This document shows, piece after piece, positions 63,504 to 64,000 of a stretch of DNA of 64,000 bases; the first letter of the stretch is position 1, and each line of letters begins with the position of its first letter. The DNA lies in assembly GCA_963810935.1 (NCBI GenBank), contig CAWEPK010000012.1:1-64000 (forward strand), in the 5' to 3' direction. This DNA comes from an uncultured delta proteobacterium (GTDB lineage Bacteria; Desulfobacterota; Syntrophorhabdia; Syntrophorhabdales; WCHB1-27). The notes below the pieces were generated by a model, which saw nothing but the letters and a program-made list of their open reading frames with translations, searched no databases and had not been told where the DNA came from. A program made the translations under genes and the position numbers.

Positions 63504-63805
63504 TGGGCACGGGTGTAGCACTTTGTTCGGGCGCTGAAGCGGTTCGGAAATTCCAACGCGCAGGATGGAGGACAGCACGACAAAAGGGTTCCCACGTAAT
63601 GATGACCAAAGAAGGTTATCAGTGGACCCTATCCGTTCCACAGCATAGTCAACTGGGTCCCGGCCTTCTGGCGAAATTGATCAAGCAAGCGGGACTCGAT
63701 CCTGACGAATTCAATAGTCTCTATCGTTTGACAAACCTTCCTCCCTGTAATAGACTGCCCTATGATCGGCCCCAACGACCTCGGCGTCGTCGTCTACAAA
63801 GATAA
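63503..63805 (+). CDS. hicA: HicA family mRNase toxin (C-terminus possibly over-extended)
   Basis: AGW...RQKGSH...VPQH...GLLAKLIKQAGL. Confidence 0.88.
   Translation: MGTGVALCSGAEAVRKFQRAGWRTARQKGSHVMMTKEGYQWTLSVPQHSQLGPGLLAKLIKQAGLDPDEFNSLYRLTNLPPCNRLPYDRPQRPRRRRLQR
63728..63756 (+). promoter_or_regulatory. sigma-70-type promoter immediately before trmI
   Basis: TTGACA-17 nt-TAGACT, 5 nt before the ATG. Confidence 0.6.
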
Positions 63806-64000
63806 AAAATACCTCAAACGGATCGAAGACGGTAAATCCTTTCACGGCAAGGGCGGCATCCTCCAGTTTGCCTCCGTTATCGGCTGCCCCTGGGGCAGCC
63901 GCTTCGGCGAATACGAGGTCTTTCGGCCCACCATCGAAGATTTGATGATGTACGGCGTCAGGCGGGAAACCCAGATCGTCTTCCCCAAGGACGCCTTCTT
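63762..64000 (+). CDS. trmI: tRNA (adenine-N1)-methyltransferase TrmI, partial
   Basis: Not in the track. MIGPNDLGVVVYKDKKYL...FHGKGG...IG.PWG...RPTIED...RRETQIVFPKD matches the TrmI N-terminus. Confidence 0.8.
   Translation, partial: MIGPNDLGVVVYKDKKYLKRIEDGKSFHGKGGILQFASVIGCPWGSRFGEYEVFRPTIEDLMMYGVRRETQIVFPKDAF

Overview
64 kb of high-GC DNA from a strictly anaerobic, Gram-negative aromatic/fatty-acid degrader. The gene content suggests a Desulfobacterota/Syntrophorhabdus-like organism, which is an inference. (1) 1-12.4 kb, minus strand: a complete class II (tungsten) benzoyl-CoA reductase cluster, iclR-bamB-C-D-[fdhD]-E-F-G-H-I. Both bamE (HdrA-like) and bamF (MvhD-like) carry an in-frame TGA at a conserved Cys position followed by a SECIS-like hairpin, so the ORF track splits or truncates them. 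An FdhD sulfurtransferase gene lies inside the operon. (2) 12.7-43 kb: mostly housekeeping genes, including tRNA-Arg, tRNA-Thr, ispG, ino1 plus a CDP-alcohol transferase, fumarase, malic enzyme, ligA, MTA salvage genes, nth, a diguanylate cyclase, csp, mazG and the bamA-skp-lpxD-fabZ-lpxA-gnnA-lpxB-msbA-lpxJ-waaA envelope operon. (3) 43-63.2 kb, the most novel-looking block: a leftward operon (acyl-CoA dehydrogenase, BamD-like CCG protein, EtfBA, HdrA with a GltD-like insert, HdrA, MvhD, FdhB/FlxC-like protein, HdrC, HdrB, reduced HdrA) and a rightward TRAP transporter plus acyl-CoA ligase operon. Each operon has a sigma-54 promoter, and they flank a PAS kinase/NtrC pair. The block looks like a Cys-only paralogue of the BamDEF electron-transfer module wired to acyl-CoA oxidation. 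(4) hicBA and the start of trmI. About 15 single-base frameshifts, some in essential genes, point to uncorrected long-read errors rather than pseudogenes. All calls come from reading motifs by eye; no searches were run.
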